Assembly: GCF_006345805.1 (NCBI RefSeq)
Contig: NC_043005.1
Span: forward strand, 59,272,001 to 59,336,000
Direction: 5' to 3'
Source: Octopus sinensis
Taxonomy: Eukaryota
Length of the DNA: 64,000 nt
The notes under the pieces are model-generated. The model had not been told where the DNA came from. It was given only the letters and a program-made list of their open reading frames with translations, and did no database searches. A program made the translations under genes and the position numbers. Below, in pieces: positions 37,913 through 50,995 of this stretch; within the stretch, counting starts at the first letter, position 1; each line of letters starts with the position of its first letter.

Positions 37913-38960
37913 GAAGGTAAATCAAAAATTATACACACTCTTGTTTCTGAAAATTTATTAACACAAAAGTACTTGTCGAACAATACATCATTTTTCGACA
38001 TAGACTCCTTGACTTTCTATACACTTCCTCCAGCAGTCCAGGAGATTGCTTATTCCATCGAAAAAAGGTCTTCAGTTAGTTGCGCAGCCATTTATGCATC
38101 ACTTTTTGCACTTCTCCCGTAACAAATTTATGGCCGCTTAAAGGATATCAAAGAGATGATAGTCGGAATGGACGTGATCTAGAGTGTATGCAGGCTGTTA
38201 CAGCAACTCGAAACCCAATCGTTCAATGTTTTCAATGGTGTGGGCCTGCATTGTCGTGCAACAATAACACTTGATTTGATAATAGACCTCGGCGTCTGGT
38301 GCGAATTTCTGGCTTCAGTTTGTTGACCAGAATTTCTCTGTAGCCTGCAGTGGCGACTGTTGGTTCCTATTTCAGGTGATGTTCCAGTATAAACCCTTTT
38401 GTGGCCCCAAAACTCGATTAGCATCACTTTTCCGGCGTAATGTTCAATCCTGAATTTCTTTTTCGCTGGTAATTACAGGTGTTTCCACTCATTACCCTGC
38501 CTTTTGGATTCTGGCTGAAAGTGATGGACTTAGGTCTCATCTCCTATGACTATTCTTTCTAAAATAGTTTCACCTTCATCATTGTAGTGACCGAATAGGC
38601 ATTAGCAAATCTTCACGTAATTGCACTTATGTGCCTCGACGAGCTATCTTGACACCTATCTCGCACAGAGTTAACGAAAGCGAAGCTTGTGAATGATTTC
38701 GAATACAGAACCACCACTAATTTGCAGAGAACGTGTCACTTCATCGAGAGTCACTCGTTGGTTCGCAGAGCATGCCGAAACTTCCCTTAGGTAATGGAGG
38801 TTCATAGGAAACCTGATCCCGCTTCGTGTTTCATGCTTTCCCGGCCAATTTTAACCTTCTCGATCCACTCATATACACGCCTAGGCTGAAGAGCGCTGCC
38901 CCTATATTGTACTGAAAGCTTGCGCTGAATTTCAGCCCCCGACACAGTTTCAGATTAGAT
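37910..38960 (-). mobile_element. Decayed mariner, near full transposase
   Basis: End TATGAAGGTAAATCAAAAATTAT. Minus-strand pieces VYEWIEK, RIVIGDET*VHHFQPESKRQ, AGKVMLIEFW, LLLHDNAGPH, DYHLF, WRKCIESQGVYVEK. Confidence 0.88.
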
Positions 38961-39388
38961 TAATCAGATCACTCGTGTCTGTTCTGTTTTGGTACATACT
39001 GCCAGTGGAGCAGCCATCTTTACTCTCTAACACAAGAAATCAAGGTCAAACCTCGGTTACGTAACCACAGGAGTGCCACCTTTTAGCTTACGGGCGTTGA
39101 AAACAGTGCAGACAACCTAAAAAAAGTTTTGGCTGAAATGCTGATAAGTTCTGACTTCTCCAGTGTGTGTGTAAATTACATAAATACACTAAGGTTTGTT
39201 TTATTGTAAAGCTATAAAGCAAGTTGAACATTATACCAAATGATCCCTTCTTAACACGGTACTATAATTATTCATTCTGATACGGAAGTCTGATATCGAC
39301 GACTAAACCGAAAGCTAGAAGTCATTGCCAACATTTTCCTTGTAAAACGTACACCCCCATACACACACTCACACGTATACACACACAT

Positions 39389-39425
<37 letters not shown>

Positions 39426-39584
39426 AAAAAACATATATTAGATGGAGGCAGGTGAATTGTCACCATTTTTATTTCTAATTTCGCGTATGTAATTTTGGTA
39501 AATATATCTTAAAATGAGATGTCTGTGTTATTTTTGTTTTTGCATAATTTAGACGACAATTTATTCACCGCACCCTGTACATAG

Positions 39585-40253
39585 TATTGACCGCACATAC
39601 TCGATGGATGTGTTTTGTTTGTTCGCCGACTTGCTGCCCTTTAGCGCCCGTGTGGACGACTTTCTCAAAGCACTGAATATTAAAACATCTGAAAGCTACA
39701 GACAGGCAAGCTGGCTCACCTTCGATCCCATACAGGAGTGATGGATATCGATGTTTCGTCATTTTTATGGCTTATCAATATCACGTACCAGAATCGAATT
39801 GCCGGTCTAGGACTATATAGATATAGAGTAAAAGCTATTTTCTGGTATGCCAAGACAATGTTTACGTTAGATTAAATTAAATAAAGAATTAGAAGCAGTC
39901 TTAGTTTCGTAAACTTTATCGACCGCGCATGCTCAATGTAAATATTTTTTTGTTCGCCGGCTCGCTTGGGAATATCGACTGTGTAGACGACTCCTTTAAT
40001 GACGCTGTGTATTGAAACATATGGTAGACGTAGAGACTTGAGACTACTTGTTACCGATCCCATTGACGAATGGTGGATACCGATATTTCGCCATTGAACC
40101 GGAGACGAACTGACTGATCGGTACATAGCTATATATAGAGAGAGTGTAAAAATTATTTCCTGGTATGCCGTGACGATAGTATAAGATTAAATTCAATTAC
40201 GAATTAAGCGCAGTGCTAGTGTTGCAAACATTACCGACCGCACTTATTCAATG
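39585..40253 (+). repeat. Diverged tandem repeat of about 320-330 bp (2 copies plus the start of a third)
   Basis: GACCGC anchors at 39589, 39921 and 40236. Shared blocks TGTTCGCCG, GACGACT, CGATCCCAT, CTGGTATGCC and AGATTAAATT. Confidence 0.8.
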
Positions 40254-40382
40254 TGAACTGGAGCAACGTGAAATAAAGTGTCTTGCTCAAGAACACAACA
40301 CGCAGCCCTGTCCGGGATTCGAGCTCATAACCTCACGATCGTAAGCTCGACGTTCTAACCACTGAGCCGCCACGCGCCTTCA
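40254..40382 (-). mobile_element. SINE family B 5' fragment
   Basis: Reverse head and GAACTGGAGCAACGTGAAATAAAGTGTCTTGCTCAAG. Confidence 0.85.
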
Positions 40383-40392
40383 CACACACACA

Positions 40393-40485
<93 letters not shown>

Positions 40486-40748
40486 CATCTTTAAACTCCA
40501 TCCTGTCAACACCTCAAATATAAAATTCTCCAATGTCAAAGTCTCCCCCCGAAGACGGAGGCGGTGTTATCCAATAATAGATCCAAGTAACTATCATTAT
40601 TCCGGACCACCAATCTCCCAGAAATACCAGCTGGAGTCGTAAAACTTTACTTATTTAACTCCTGATATCATTTACGTTCCGTAAATCGGACTGTTTTATA
40701 TCCATACACATGTACAATTTTTTTTCCTATTAAATGTATTTAATTGTC

Positions 40749-41010
40749 TGCGTCTTGTGTTCTTGAGCAAGACACTTTATTTCACGTTGCTCCAGTTCAC
40801 TCAGCTGTAGAAATGAGTTGCGACGTCACAAGTGCCAAGCTGTATCGGCCCTTGCCTTTCCCTTGGACAACATCGGTGACGTGGAGAGGGGAGGCCGGTA
40901 TGCATGGGCGACTGCTGGTCTTCCATAAAACAACCTTGCCCAGACTTGTGCCTCAGAGGGTAACTCTCTAGGTGCAAACCCATGGTCAGTGTCTGACCGA
41001 AGGGGGTCAC
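40749..41010 (+). mobile_element. SINE family B 3' fragment
   Basis: CTTGAGCAAGACACTTTATTTCACG... to GTCTGACCGAAGGGGGTCAC. Matches the reverse of 20931-21180. Confidence 0.9.
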
Positions 41011-41054
41011 CAGTCTGTGTAAATCAACTTGCCTAACTTGTTTCTCATTACATT

Positions 41055-41937
41055 TACGAGTTCTGGTTAATAAGTATCCGAACTGTTGCCATAGTGACGA
41101 AGCTGAAGCACGCAGAGTGAAGCCGTTTGGAAAACGTTGACTTTGAAGAACTCTGCTGTGCATGCGCACAGAACGTTTTAAAGTTCTAGCTCACTTCCGC
41201 TGTTTACACCAGTGCTTGGAAAGAAAGAGTGTAACGTGAGATCGTTGCATTGACCATGACAGAGAAAGTTGTCATTGTGATACCTGCCTCAGACGCCTGC
41301 GCAAATTTACAGAAAGTGTATGGAGAGGAGTGTATGAGCCTCGCAAATGTGCCACGAGTGGTTCAGACGTTTCCAAAATGGCTGAAAAATTGTCGATATT
41401 GACGAACGTTCTGAGAGAACCGCAACTAGCAGAAATGAGTGCAGCTGTTAGGGAAAATCGTCGAATCACCATACGTGAGTTATCAGAGGATGTATAGATT
41501 AGTTACGGTTCAGCTTAGTTCCTTATCATTGAAGATTTATGTATGAGACGTGTGTCTGCCAAGTTTGTGCCAAAACTGCTTTCAGTTGACCAAAAAAGAC
41601 ACTCGGGTTTCAGTTGCACAAGATCTTCTTGATTGTGTCGAGAACGATGAAAACCTTTTGAAAACTTTACGTAGGCCTCTGAGCAGTATCGCCACGTTTT
41701 TGCAAAATTTGATGCAGATTCTCTGCTTAACTTTCTCTGTTATGGTCAATGCAACGATCACACGCCACACACCTTCGTTCTAAACACTGCTGTAAAACAG
41801 CGGAAGTAAACCAGAACGTTAAAACTTAGTGCGCATGCACAGCAGAGTTCGTCAATCTGTGTCGAGCAGCTTTACTCTGCGTGCTTTAGATTCGTTACTA
41901 TGGTAAAAGTCCGGATACTTATTGATCAGACTATGTA
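41055..41937. mobile_element. Mariner derivative built from two inverted 5' ends (long-IR MITE)
   Basis: 41057-41270 is the reverse complement of 41729-41935, including the start MTEKV. The interior encodes HTH pieces (EWFRRFQNG, VRENRRITIRELSE, MRRVSAKFVPKLL). TA at both ends. Confidence 0.88.
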
Positions 41938-42049
41938 CTCATCTACCAGCTCAAGTTCAAGTCTTTTGAGCACTTCGAAGTGTATTCTATATAGTGAACA
42001 CCTGTCTCTAAACTATATATATATATATATATATGAATATATGTGGCTA

Positions 42050-42989
42050 CGTTCAAATTCCGGCGAGGTCGACTTCCCTTTTCATCTTTTCGGGTCGATA
42101 AAATAAGTACCAGCTGAACTGTGGTCGATGTAATCAGCTCATCTTCACCTTTCTCAAGCTACCCTTGTGGTGAAACTTTGAAATAATAATAATAATATTA
42201 ATAATAATTGTTGTTATTATTGAATGACAGAGCAATGTATGTCATCAAAGTGACACCGGGTTACAAATATACGAAGCTCAATATATCCATTATGATTACC
42301 CGTTTGATAAGTGTACACCAGGTACATGCATCACAACCATATTTGCGCAATACCACGTCTCATATCGAGAAAATCATCAGTGCATGGTCATGTCGGTGGC
42401 CCCTAGTTGAAATTATCGTCACGTTGATTAGCCTATCCCACTCTAAAGGGCTTTGAATAAGGGTTTTTTAAGGATGTTGAATGAAACACTCATGTTTCCA
42501 GAGGTGAATTATTCGAACCCCAAAAAATTCCTCTCAAGATATTATTATAATGCGCCACTACTACTCCTGTTCGTCATCAGAGATACAAAAATCGTAAGCT
42601 AGTAATTGACATGCTCAATTGGCTAAAGTCAAGCAAGTGAGAAACAAACCTGTGATATTGAGCAGAATATTTGCTGTAGCCCATCTTTTATATCAAGGCA
42701 AGACATGTACATGATAACACTTCCAATCAGTTAAGATGAGAAGCCATGAGAGCCACAGTCTGGTACTGTATCAGGGGATTTTCATTGTTATTATTAAGGC
42801 GGCGAGCTGGCAGATGAAATGCTTAGTAGTATTTCGCCCGTCGCTACGTTCTGAGTTCGAATTCCACCGAGGTCGACTTTGCCTTTCATCCTTACAGGTG
42901 CGATAAATTAAGTACCAGTGACACTCCGGAGTCGATGTAATCGATTATTCCCCCGCCCGAAAATTTCAGGCCTTGTGACAAAATTTGAA

Positions 42990-43032
<43 letters not shown>

Positions 43033-43255
43033 ATATTTTCCATATCTTCCTATCCATGCTCATCAGTTCTTTCTTTTATCAGTTTATGATTCCAGCTTCA
43101 TACCGAACTGATGCTATCGCCCATGGAAGAATCGTTAGTATACCGGACGAAATGCTTCGTTCTGGGTTCGAATTCCGCCGAGGTCGACTTTGCTTTTCAT
43201 CCTTTCGGGGTCGACTAACCCCATTTCACAAATTTCAGGCCTTGTGCCTTTAATA
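42050..43255 (+). mobile_element. Three partial SINE family-A copies (42050-42180, 42797-42995, 43125-43255)
   Basis: GAGGTCGACTTTGCCTTTCATCC core in each. Confidence 0.8.
42225..42785. repeat. Unclassified interspersed repeat (family E) next to (TTA)n, also at 57680-57990
   Basis: Shared CATCAAAG(T/C)GACAC...GTACACCAGG(T/C)ACATGCATCACAACCATAT...GAATAAGG...CATGTTTCCA(G/A)AGGTGAATTAT. Confidence 0.75.
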
Positions 43256-43257
43256 TG

Positions 43258-43660
43258 AATGTGACTGTGTGGTAAGAAGCATGTTCCCCAATAACTTGGT
43301 TCCGCGTTCAGTCCCATTGCGTGGCACCTTAGGGGTAAGTCTCGGACAGCTGAACAAAGCCCTGTGAGTGAATTTGGTAGACAGAAATTGAAAGAAACCC
43401 GTCCTATATATATATATACTTATGTGTGTGTGTTGTGAGTGTGTGTGTCTTTGTGTCTGTGTTCATTACTCCCACCGAATGATAACCGGTGTTGGTGTAT
43501 TCACGTCCCCGTAACAAAGCGGTTCGACAAAAAGACCGATAGATTAAGTACTAGGCTTTAAAAAATAAGTCCTATGGTCGATTTGTTCGTCTAAAATACT
43601 TCAAGGTGATGCCTCAGTATGGGCTGTCAAATGACTGAAACAAGACAAAAAAGATAAAAG
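43258..43660 (+). mobile_element. SINE family D
   Basis: GACTGTGTGGTAAGAAGC...GAATTTGGTAGAC...internal microsatellite...AATGACTGAAACAAG. Confidence 0.85.
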
Positions 43661-43859
43661 GTGTATATATATTATGCATTATATTTTACATTATATTACA
43701 TTATATTAAAATTTAATCCTTTATATAATTCCCATCATTATCTATGATTTCCTTCTGTTTATTCATAATTTAAAAAAATTCCATCGATGAATCACTTTGG
43801 GGGTTTTGATCAGAAGAAGGAAGAGAGGTCAGATTGACCTCGTTAGGGATTTTGAGTGC

Positions 43860-44600
43860 TAATCTGTCTAAATGAATCTATAAGCTTTGAAGCAAATGAT
43901 AATCAAAGGGAGTGCGATCCAGGAAATGAGGCGGGTGAGAGATTTTTTTCCCCAGCCGAGTTCTTCGATTTCTTCTGATGTAATCTTTGCAGTGTGGTGT
44001 CTTGCGTTATCATGATGAAACATCAAAGCAGCATCCAAACGTTGTAGTTGTTGGCAGTAAGTGTGAGCAGTAATTGTTGATTAGTTAGTAGCAGCTCAAA
44101 AGTAGATGACTCCAGTGCAATTCCACCAGGCAGAAAGAAGAACCATTTTTGTATGGAGGTCCTTTTTGGTCTGTCGTTTAGCTTGTTGTCACAACTAAGT
44201 CATTGCCCGCTTCTCTTAAAATTTTCATTAAAAATACATTTTTCATCACCAGTCACTAAGCTGTCCAAAAATCGTGAGATACATTCACGAGAGTGAAGAG
44301 ATTAACAGATGTCCACTCGTGATTTTCGGTTAGTTTCTGTCCAATCATGGGCGTCCTGTCCGTGGTCTCTTTCTTAGGCTGAAATCACCATTTTTGGACT
44401 TTGCGAACCATCTTCTGCAACATTTTTCGTCCAAGTGCTCTTCTCCCTAAACAGAATGGAGATTTTGAGTTGCTTCTGTTGCATTGTTTCCCTTTTTAAT
44501 TTAGTCAGATTATTCTGTAAAAATAAATCATATTAAGTTAAAGGCTTCCGAATTCATATGAGTATCAATCAATAACATTTAACATTTTATAATACTGTAA
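43860..44600 (-). mobile_element. Decayed mariner transposase
   Basis: Minus-strand FLDSLVTGDEKCIF, HHDNARHHTAKITSEEIEELGW, RPRTGRP. Confidence 0.75.
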
Positions 44601-45359
44601 AATGATAGGATTTATATATGATATTTCGGATATCATTTAAGAGATGACCTCCTAAATCCATCCCCACCACACACATGTATATGTGTGTTTATAGGCAGAT
44701 GGATAGATAGATATAGATACAAACATAATGTATGTGTATGCGTGTTATTTCCAAAATGCACTTTTACATTTAATTCTTATTAAAACCTTTTTAATTATTA
44801 GTTTTCGTTCGCATTACGAACAACAGGCAAATTTAAGATAAAAACCTATAAAAACATTAAACTGGAACATACTCGTGTTTTTTTATATAACATCTCTAAA
44901 AGAGATGAAAGCTTTTTCCTACCATGTATATAAACAAACATATATGTGTGTTTGCGTGTGTGCGTGTGCGTGTGCACGCGTTTGTGTGCGTATTCTGGGA
45001 ACTGCACTTCTTTTGTATATAGATGAAAATATTGATAGACATTGAAATTGATGTGTGCACGTTTGTGTATTAATAATACATTTTGACTATAGAATTTCCA
45101 AATCGTATTGGGTGAATCGGGTTGTATGAAATATAGAATGTTATGAATTAAACGGATGCATTATTAAAACTTACAAATGATACATTGCTATTCGTTCGTT
45201 TTACGATTGATTCAGCATATCGGAAAATTGGGTTACAATTTTCATTGCATTTGGATCCCTGGAAAGTTTGGAGCCAAGGTAACTTAAACAAAGTACACAA
45301 CACACACACGCACACATTCACATACACATACACATGTATATATGCAAGTATATGGACAT

Positions 45360-45406
<47 letters not shown>

Positions 45407-45499
45407 ATAAATATTAGGGAATATATCCAAATTTACAGGGAAAAAAATCAGATTTAGGATTAAATCCAATTTTATAGTAAAATATTATAAAATATTATT

Positions 45500-46130
<631 letters not shown>

Positions 46131-48154
46131 CCATATACATACATTCGTACAAGCACACTCACTGATACACACGAACACACACACACACACATTCCTATAT
46201 ACTCTCCTGTTCCTTTCCGATTTGTTCTTTGTTATTCTGTTTACCTTTGTCTATGTATTCTGTATGGGTTGCGCCATTCTTTTTACATAGATTGATATAT
46301 TCTCGCTTTCGTTTTTGCCTATTCAATCGTTTGTTTCATTTTTGTCTTTTGTGTGTGCGTGTGCGTGTGCGTGCGTGCGTGTGTTGAAAACTTCTTTCTT
46401 TTTTTTTTTTTTTATTAATTGTATGTATTCTTGTTTGTTTTGTTTTCGTTTCGTTTCGTTTTCTGTTTGTAAACTTTTACAAACCACTTTTCTTAATCAA
46501 TATTTGTTCACAATGTTTATGGTGGATGCTGAATTCTTTTAGTGCTCCACAGCCCGATATTGATTTCGAAAGAGTATTTCATGGAGGTTTTCCAATATCT
46601 TCTCCTATCAGACCATTAAGCTATAACTAATTGGATTTGTTTTATGAAATACAAGTGTGTTTGGTGTCGAGCATATAGGCTCTTCTTTTTTCATTTTTGG
46701 AAATATATATTTTTATTGTGTGTTTGCTTTGTGTTTTTGTTAATTCCCTCTTTTTCCTTTTTTCCTGTGCTTCTTTTCTTGTTTATTTATATCCTTATTG
46801 CTTTCGTTTCATTTTATTCATTCCTTTATTTATTTATTTGTTTATTTATTTTTCTCTTTTGAAAAGAGAAATAACTAAAGAAAAGTTTTGAATAAACTAT
46901 GTTCTCTTTAGTTTGTTTTATTTCGTTTAATTTTAATGTTTTTCTTGTTTTGTTGGTTTGTGTTTTTACTTAGAAAATTGCTTTGCATAAAGGAAATTTC
47001 AGCTTGTGTTGAAGTAAACCAATAACAAAGAATGGGGGAATCTGAGATTTCAGATACAATATAAATGAACAGGCTTTGTCCCTTTTCCTCTTCGTCAATT
47101 GACTACTATGATTTAACTTATACAAGCAGAAAAAAAGACTGCTTCCCACTCAGACAATATTTAAAATCATATATATTTTTTTCCATAATACTATCATGTC
47201 AAACATCGCATAAAGGAATATAAATGCACTGATTTGATTGGCTTGTGCTGGAAATAGATTTAAAGTTACACAGTAATGAAGGGCAAGCAAGCAAAGATTT
47301 GAACTACATGAATCATGGCGGCGGTAGAAATGGGTGAAGGATAATTTTATGTGAAACACGACACCGCTAATATTTACATTTTCTCTATTTATGAACGTAA
47401 AATAACGAATTCAAATAGTTATATTTAAGTTACTAATTATATCCGAATCGAATTCAAGAAATGAGGTTTTGCTAAAATTATTTAATATTTTTAGACTGTC
47501 TAACGATGCCATTTATTTCTTTTGGTAATGCTTCAATTTCAATCAATTTCTTATCTGACCGTCTTTTGGAGTACTATGCTTTTACAGATAAACATTACTT
47601 TGGGATATACTAATAGATAATGTACCGGTATTCTGCATTATTTTCAGTGTCTTGAAGTTCTACTTCAGTTGGGTATTCTGTATTTCATAAATATGAAGCA
47701 ATTGACACATCGTCTATCGAACCCAGAGGAAAATATGAGGAAGTTTCAATTTAACTATTTGGATTTGCAATTGAATTAATACGATTTTAATGTTTCAATT
47801 TAACAAAAACAAACAACATCAATATACGAGAGGAATTATCTCACAATGCAAACTACAGAATATTATTGCTAAAGATACTAAAAGCACTTAGATGCAGTAA
47901 TTAAATTGTCACGTGCGGCATTGAGCAACTAGCTGGATGATCGAACTGTTATAAATAACAGCTAAATTTTTCTGAAAGTGTCCATGCCATATTTACAAAC
48001 AAACAATAAGGACACATTAGATAATATAGTTCTGGATTGCTTGTGTTCAAATAAAAAATATGATGGTCAATGTCCAGATGTATTTCATTTTAAATTTGCT
48101 TGTAAAACCTGAAGCAAAATATCAACAGAAACCCACCACCACCACCACCACACC

Positions 48155-48195
<41 letters not shown>

Positions 48196-48358
48196 CTGCA
48201 GCAGCGGCAACAACAACAAGATGGGCACCATAAATCTGAACTAAAATCAAACAGGTTGATTGTTCAATCGTTTATTCATTCAGAAAAACAAGAGTTGAAT
48301 TGTATTTTTATAATTAGTTGTATATATTGATGAACCATTGCTCAACCATGTTATGCTG

Positions 48359-48389
<31 letters not shown>

Positions 48390-49083
48390 CACACATACAT
48401 ACATACATACATACATACATACATACATACATACATACATACATACATACACATAATACGTACGTATATGTGTGTATATGCACGTGCGCTTGTATCCTTC
48501 TAGCATTGTATTGTAAAGAAAATAAAACAAGACATTTTCTATTAAAGAAAAAGAAAATCTTATAATTATAGATGTAGTTTTTTCTTTAGGGTGGGGGGCT
48601 TCCATCTTGATTATATTTCGGTATTAATGTTTGTTTCTTTAAAATAATTTCTGTTCTATAGCTTAGATGAAGAATTAAAAAAATATATTTTTCTATATAT
48701 CTAATTATTTTTGTTCTCGATATTTATTTGCGTTATTCACAGATTTTATTATTTCCCTCATGGCATCATTGAAATGTGGACAATATTTCATTTAGAAGTG
48801 TAATTTTGCTAGCTATGGTCGTTTTTTTTCTTTCTATGACTTGCATTATCTCTTTAAAAAATATATTTATATATTATTTTCCTAAGCATCCGTGATTTAG
48901 TGGCAATGCTTTATCTTTTAATCTAAATGGAAGATTTAATGATAAACTTATTACTAAACAAAGTCTGAGATAATGAAATGAAAAACAAAATTGTATGAAG
49001 CTTTTCTCATGGCTTAGTAGAGCCGCTAAGTTGATAATGTGTTAGGCTCCTGACTGATAATGCAATGACTCATATTTTCATTT

Positions 49084-49320
49084 ATTTCTTTATTGCCCAC
49101 AAGGGGCTAAACATAGAGGGGACAAACAAGGACAGACAAAGGGATTAAGTCGATTACATAGACCCCAGTGCGTAACTGGTACTTAATTTATCGATCCCGA
49201 AAGGATGAAAGGCAAAGTCGACCTCGGCAGAAATTGAACTCAGAACGTAACGACATACGAAATACCTATTTCTTTACTACCCACAAGGGGCTAAACACAG
49301 CGAACAAACAAGGACAGACA
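49084..49320 (-). mobile_element. SINE family-A tandem-unit fragment
   Basis: Reverse body with junction ACGAAATACCTATTTCTTTACTACCCACAAGGGGCTAAAC. Confidence 0.85.
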
Positions 49321-49416
49321 CAACAACTGAAGTACGGTATAATCAACTAGCGGTGGCCTTATTTTTGGGAACGTTATGCGTTGACACTACCATCTCTGAA
49401 ATGATGAATTAGTTAA

Positions 49417-50069
49417 TACAGTAATCCCTCGAGTATCGCGGGTGTTACGTTTCAAAACTCACCGCGATAGGTGAAAATCCGCGAAGTAGAAACAGTACTG
49501 TACAGAATACTCTTTACTCTTTTACTTGTTTCAGTCATTTGACTGTAGCCATGCTAGAGCACCGCCTTTTGTTGAGCAAATCGACCCCAGGACTTATTCA
49601 GTGTAAACCTAGTATTTATTCTATCGGACTCTTTTGCCGAACCGCTAAGTTATGGGGACGTGAACACACCAGCCTTGGTTGCCAAGCGATGGTGGGGGAG
49701 GGGAGACAAACACAGACACAAACATATACACACATACATATATACATATATAGATATACATATATACGACGGACTTCTTTCAGTTTTCGTCTACCAAATC
49801 CACTCACAAGGCTTTGGTAAGTCCGAAGACACTTGCCCAAGGTGCCACGCAGTGGGATTGAACCCGGAGCCATGTGCATCATAAGCAGCTACTTACTACA
49901 CAGCCACTCTTACGCCTATAATTTTTAATTCTTATTTTTATAATTTGTATATATTTATTTTATTATAAATGTAAAACACCACTACGGCGGAATCGGTGTA
50001 AGCTTAAATAATAAACCGCGATATGGGAACCGCGATAGATGAACCGCAATATGGCTGGGGATAACAGTA
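49417..50069. mobile_element. Tigger/pogo-type MITE interrupted by a SINE
   Basis: TA-CAGTAATCCCTCGAGTATCGCGG ... CCGCAATATGGCTGGGGATAACAG-TA imperfect TIRs. Confidence 0.7.
49508..49915 (-). mobile_element. SINE family D nested in the MITE
   Basis: Reverse of the 43258-type sequence (CCAAGGTGCCACGCAGTGGGATTGAACCC; CGTCTACCAAATCCACTCACAAGGC). Confidence 0.88.
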
Positions 50070-50559
50070 AAGTTAAATTTTTACTCTATTGCGATCGTAA
50101 CCATGTCGCTACGCTGCATCAGAATAAAATGTGTGGTTGTTAGTCTTTAAATTATATCCATATACAGGTTCTGGTTTAAAACTATGTGTGAACACTAAAG
50201 TTTTACAGATAAGCGTATAGTAAACTCATCATAACGTGAATAATTTAGTTAAATGTAAAAAAGATTGAACGAAAAAGAAATGTATTTGTTTTGCTTGCTA
50301 ATAACATCAATAAAACCCATTTCTAACATAACAGCTTTTTTTAATGTGAAAATTTTGATTCCTTCAATTAGATTTCTTTTTCTTGATACTAAAGAATACA
50401 ACCCAAATAAACTGTGAGTTGTCTTGGGTGTTTAATAGGGAGCTATCTTCAAGTATTTATTTTTGAAACGTCAACCAAATTACGGGGTACTATAAGAATT
50501 CAGGCACTTATTCTATCAGCATATTTTTAAGAAACCGCTCGATTACAAGGCCGATAACA

Positions 50560-50639
50560 AACCAACATCGGTTGTCAGGCGTTGGAGGTACAAGCACAAA
50601 AACAGAAGTGTGTGTGTATATATATATCACACACACACA

Positions 50640-50702
<63 letters not shown>

Positions 50703-50860
50703 GTCAGGCTTCTATGGAGTTTCCGTCTACCAAAACCAACTTCATTAACAAAGTGCTGGTTAGCCCGGTTCTAGAGTAGAACACACTTGCCCAAGGTACC
50801 GTGCAACGGGATTGAACTCGATACTTCGTTGTCTCAAAGTAAACTTCAAAACACAGCCTA
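50560..50860 (-). mobile_element. Decayed SINE family D
   Basis: TTTCCGTCTACCAAAA...ACACTTGCCCAAGGTACCGTGCAACGGGATTGAAC. Confidence 0.75.
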
Positions 50861-50967
50861 TACATGCGTTTAAATTATGAAAGCAACGAACGCAAAATGA
50901 AAAAGAGAGGAGGGACACGTATTAACAAATGTGGTGCTAACTTCACGCTTAAAAGAAAAAAAGTATT

Positions 50968-50995
50968 GACGTTTCGGACGATAGTCCTTCGTTAG
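50968..50995 (-). ncRNA. Decayed minimal hammerhead motif (Penelope-type)
   Basis: Minus strand CTAACGA-A-GGAC(TATC)GTCC-GAAACGTC. The core G of CUGA is mutated to A. Confidence 0.45.

Noticed and set aside
40040-40095. LLVTDPIDEW resembling an HSP90/HtpG middle-domain motif
   Set aside because: Only about 10 residues. Flanked by stops, and the paralogous repeat unit has a stop in the motif; probably chance.
45215-45290. Possible RNase H relic (WIPG-like, QGN) from an I-type LINE
   Set aside because: It needs a frameshift and the match is too short to support without a search.
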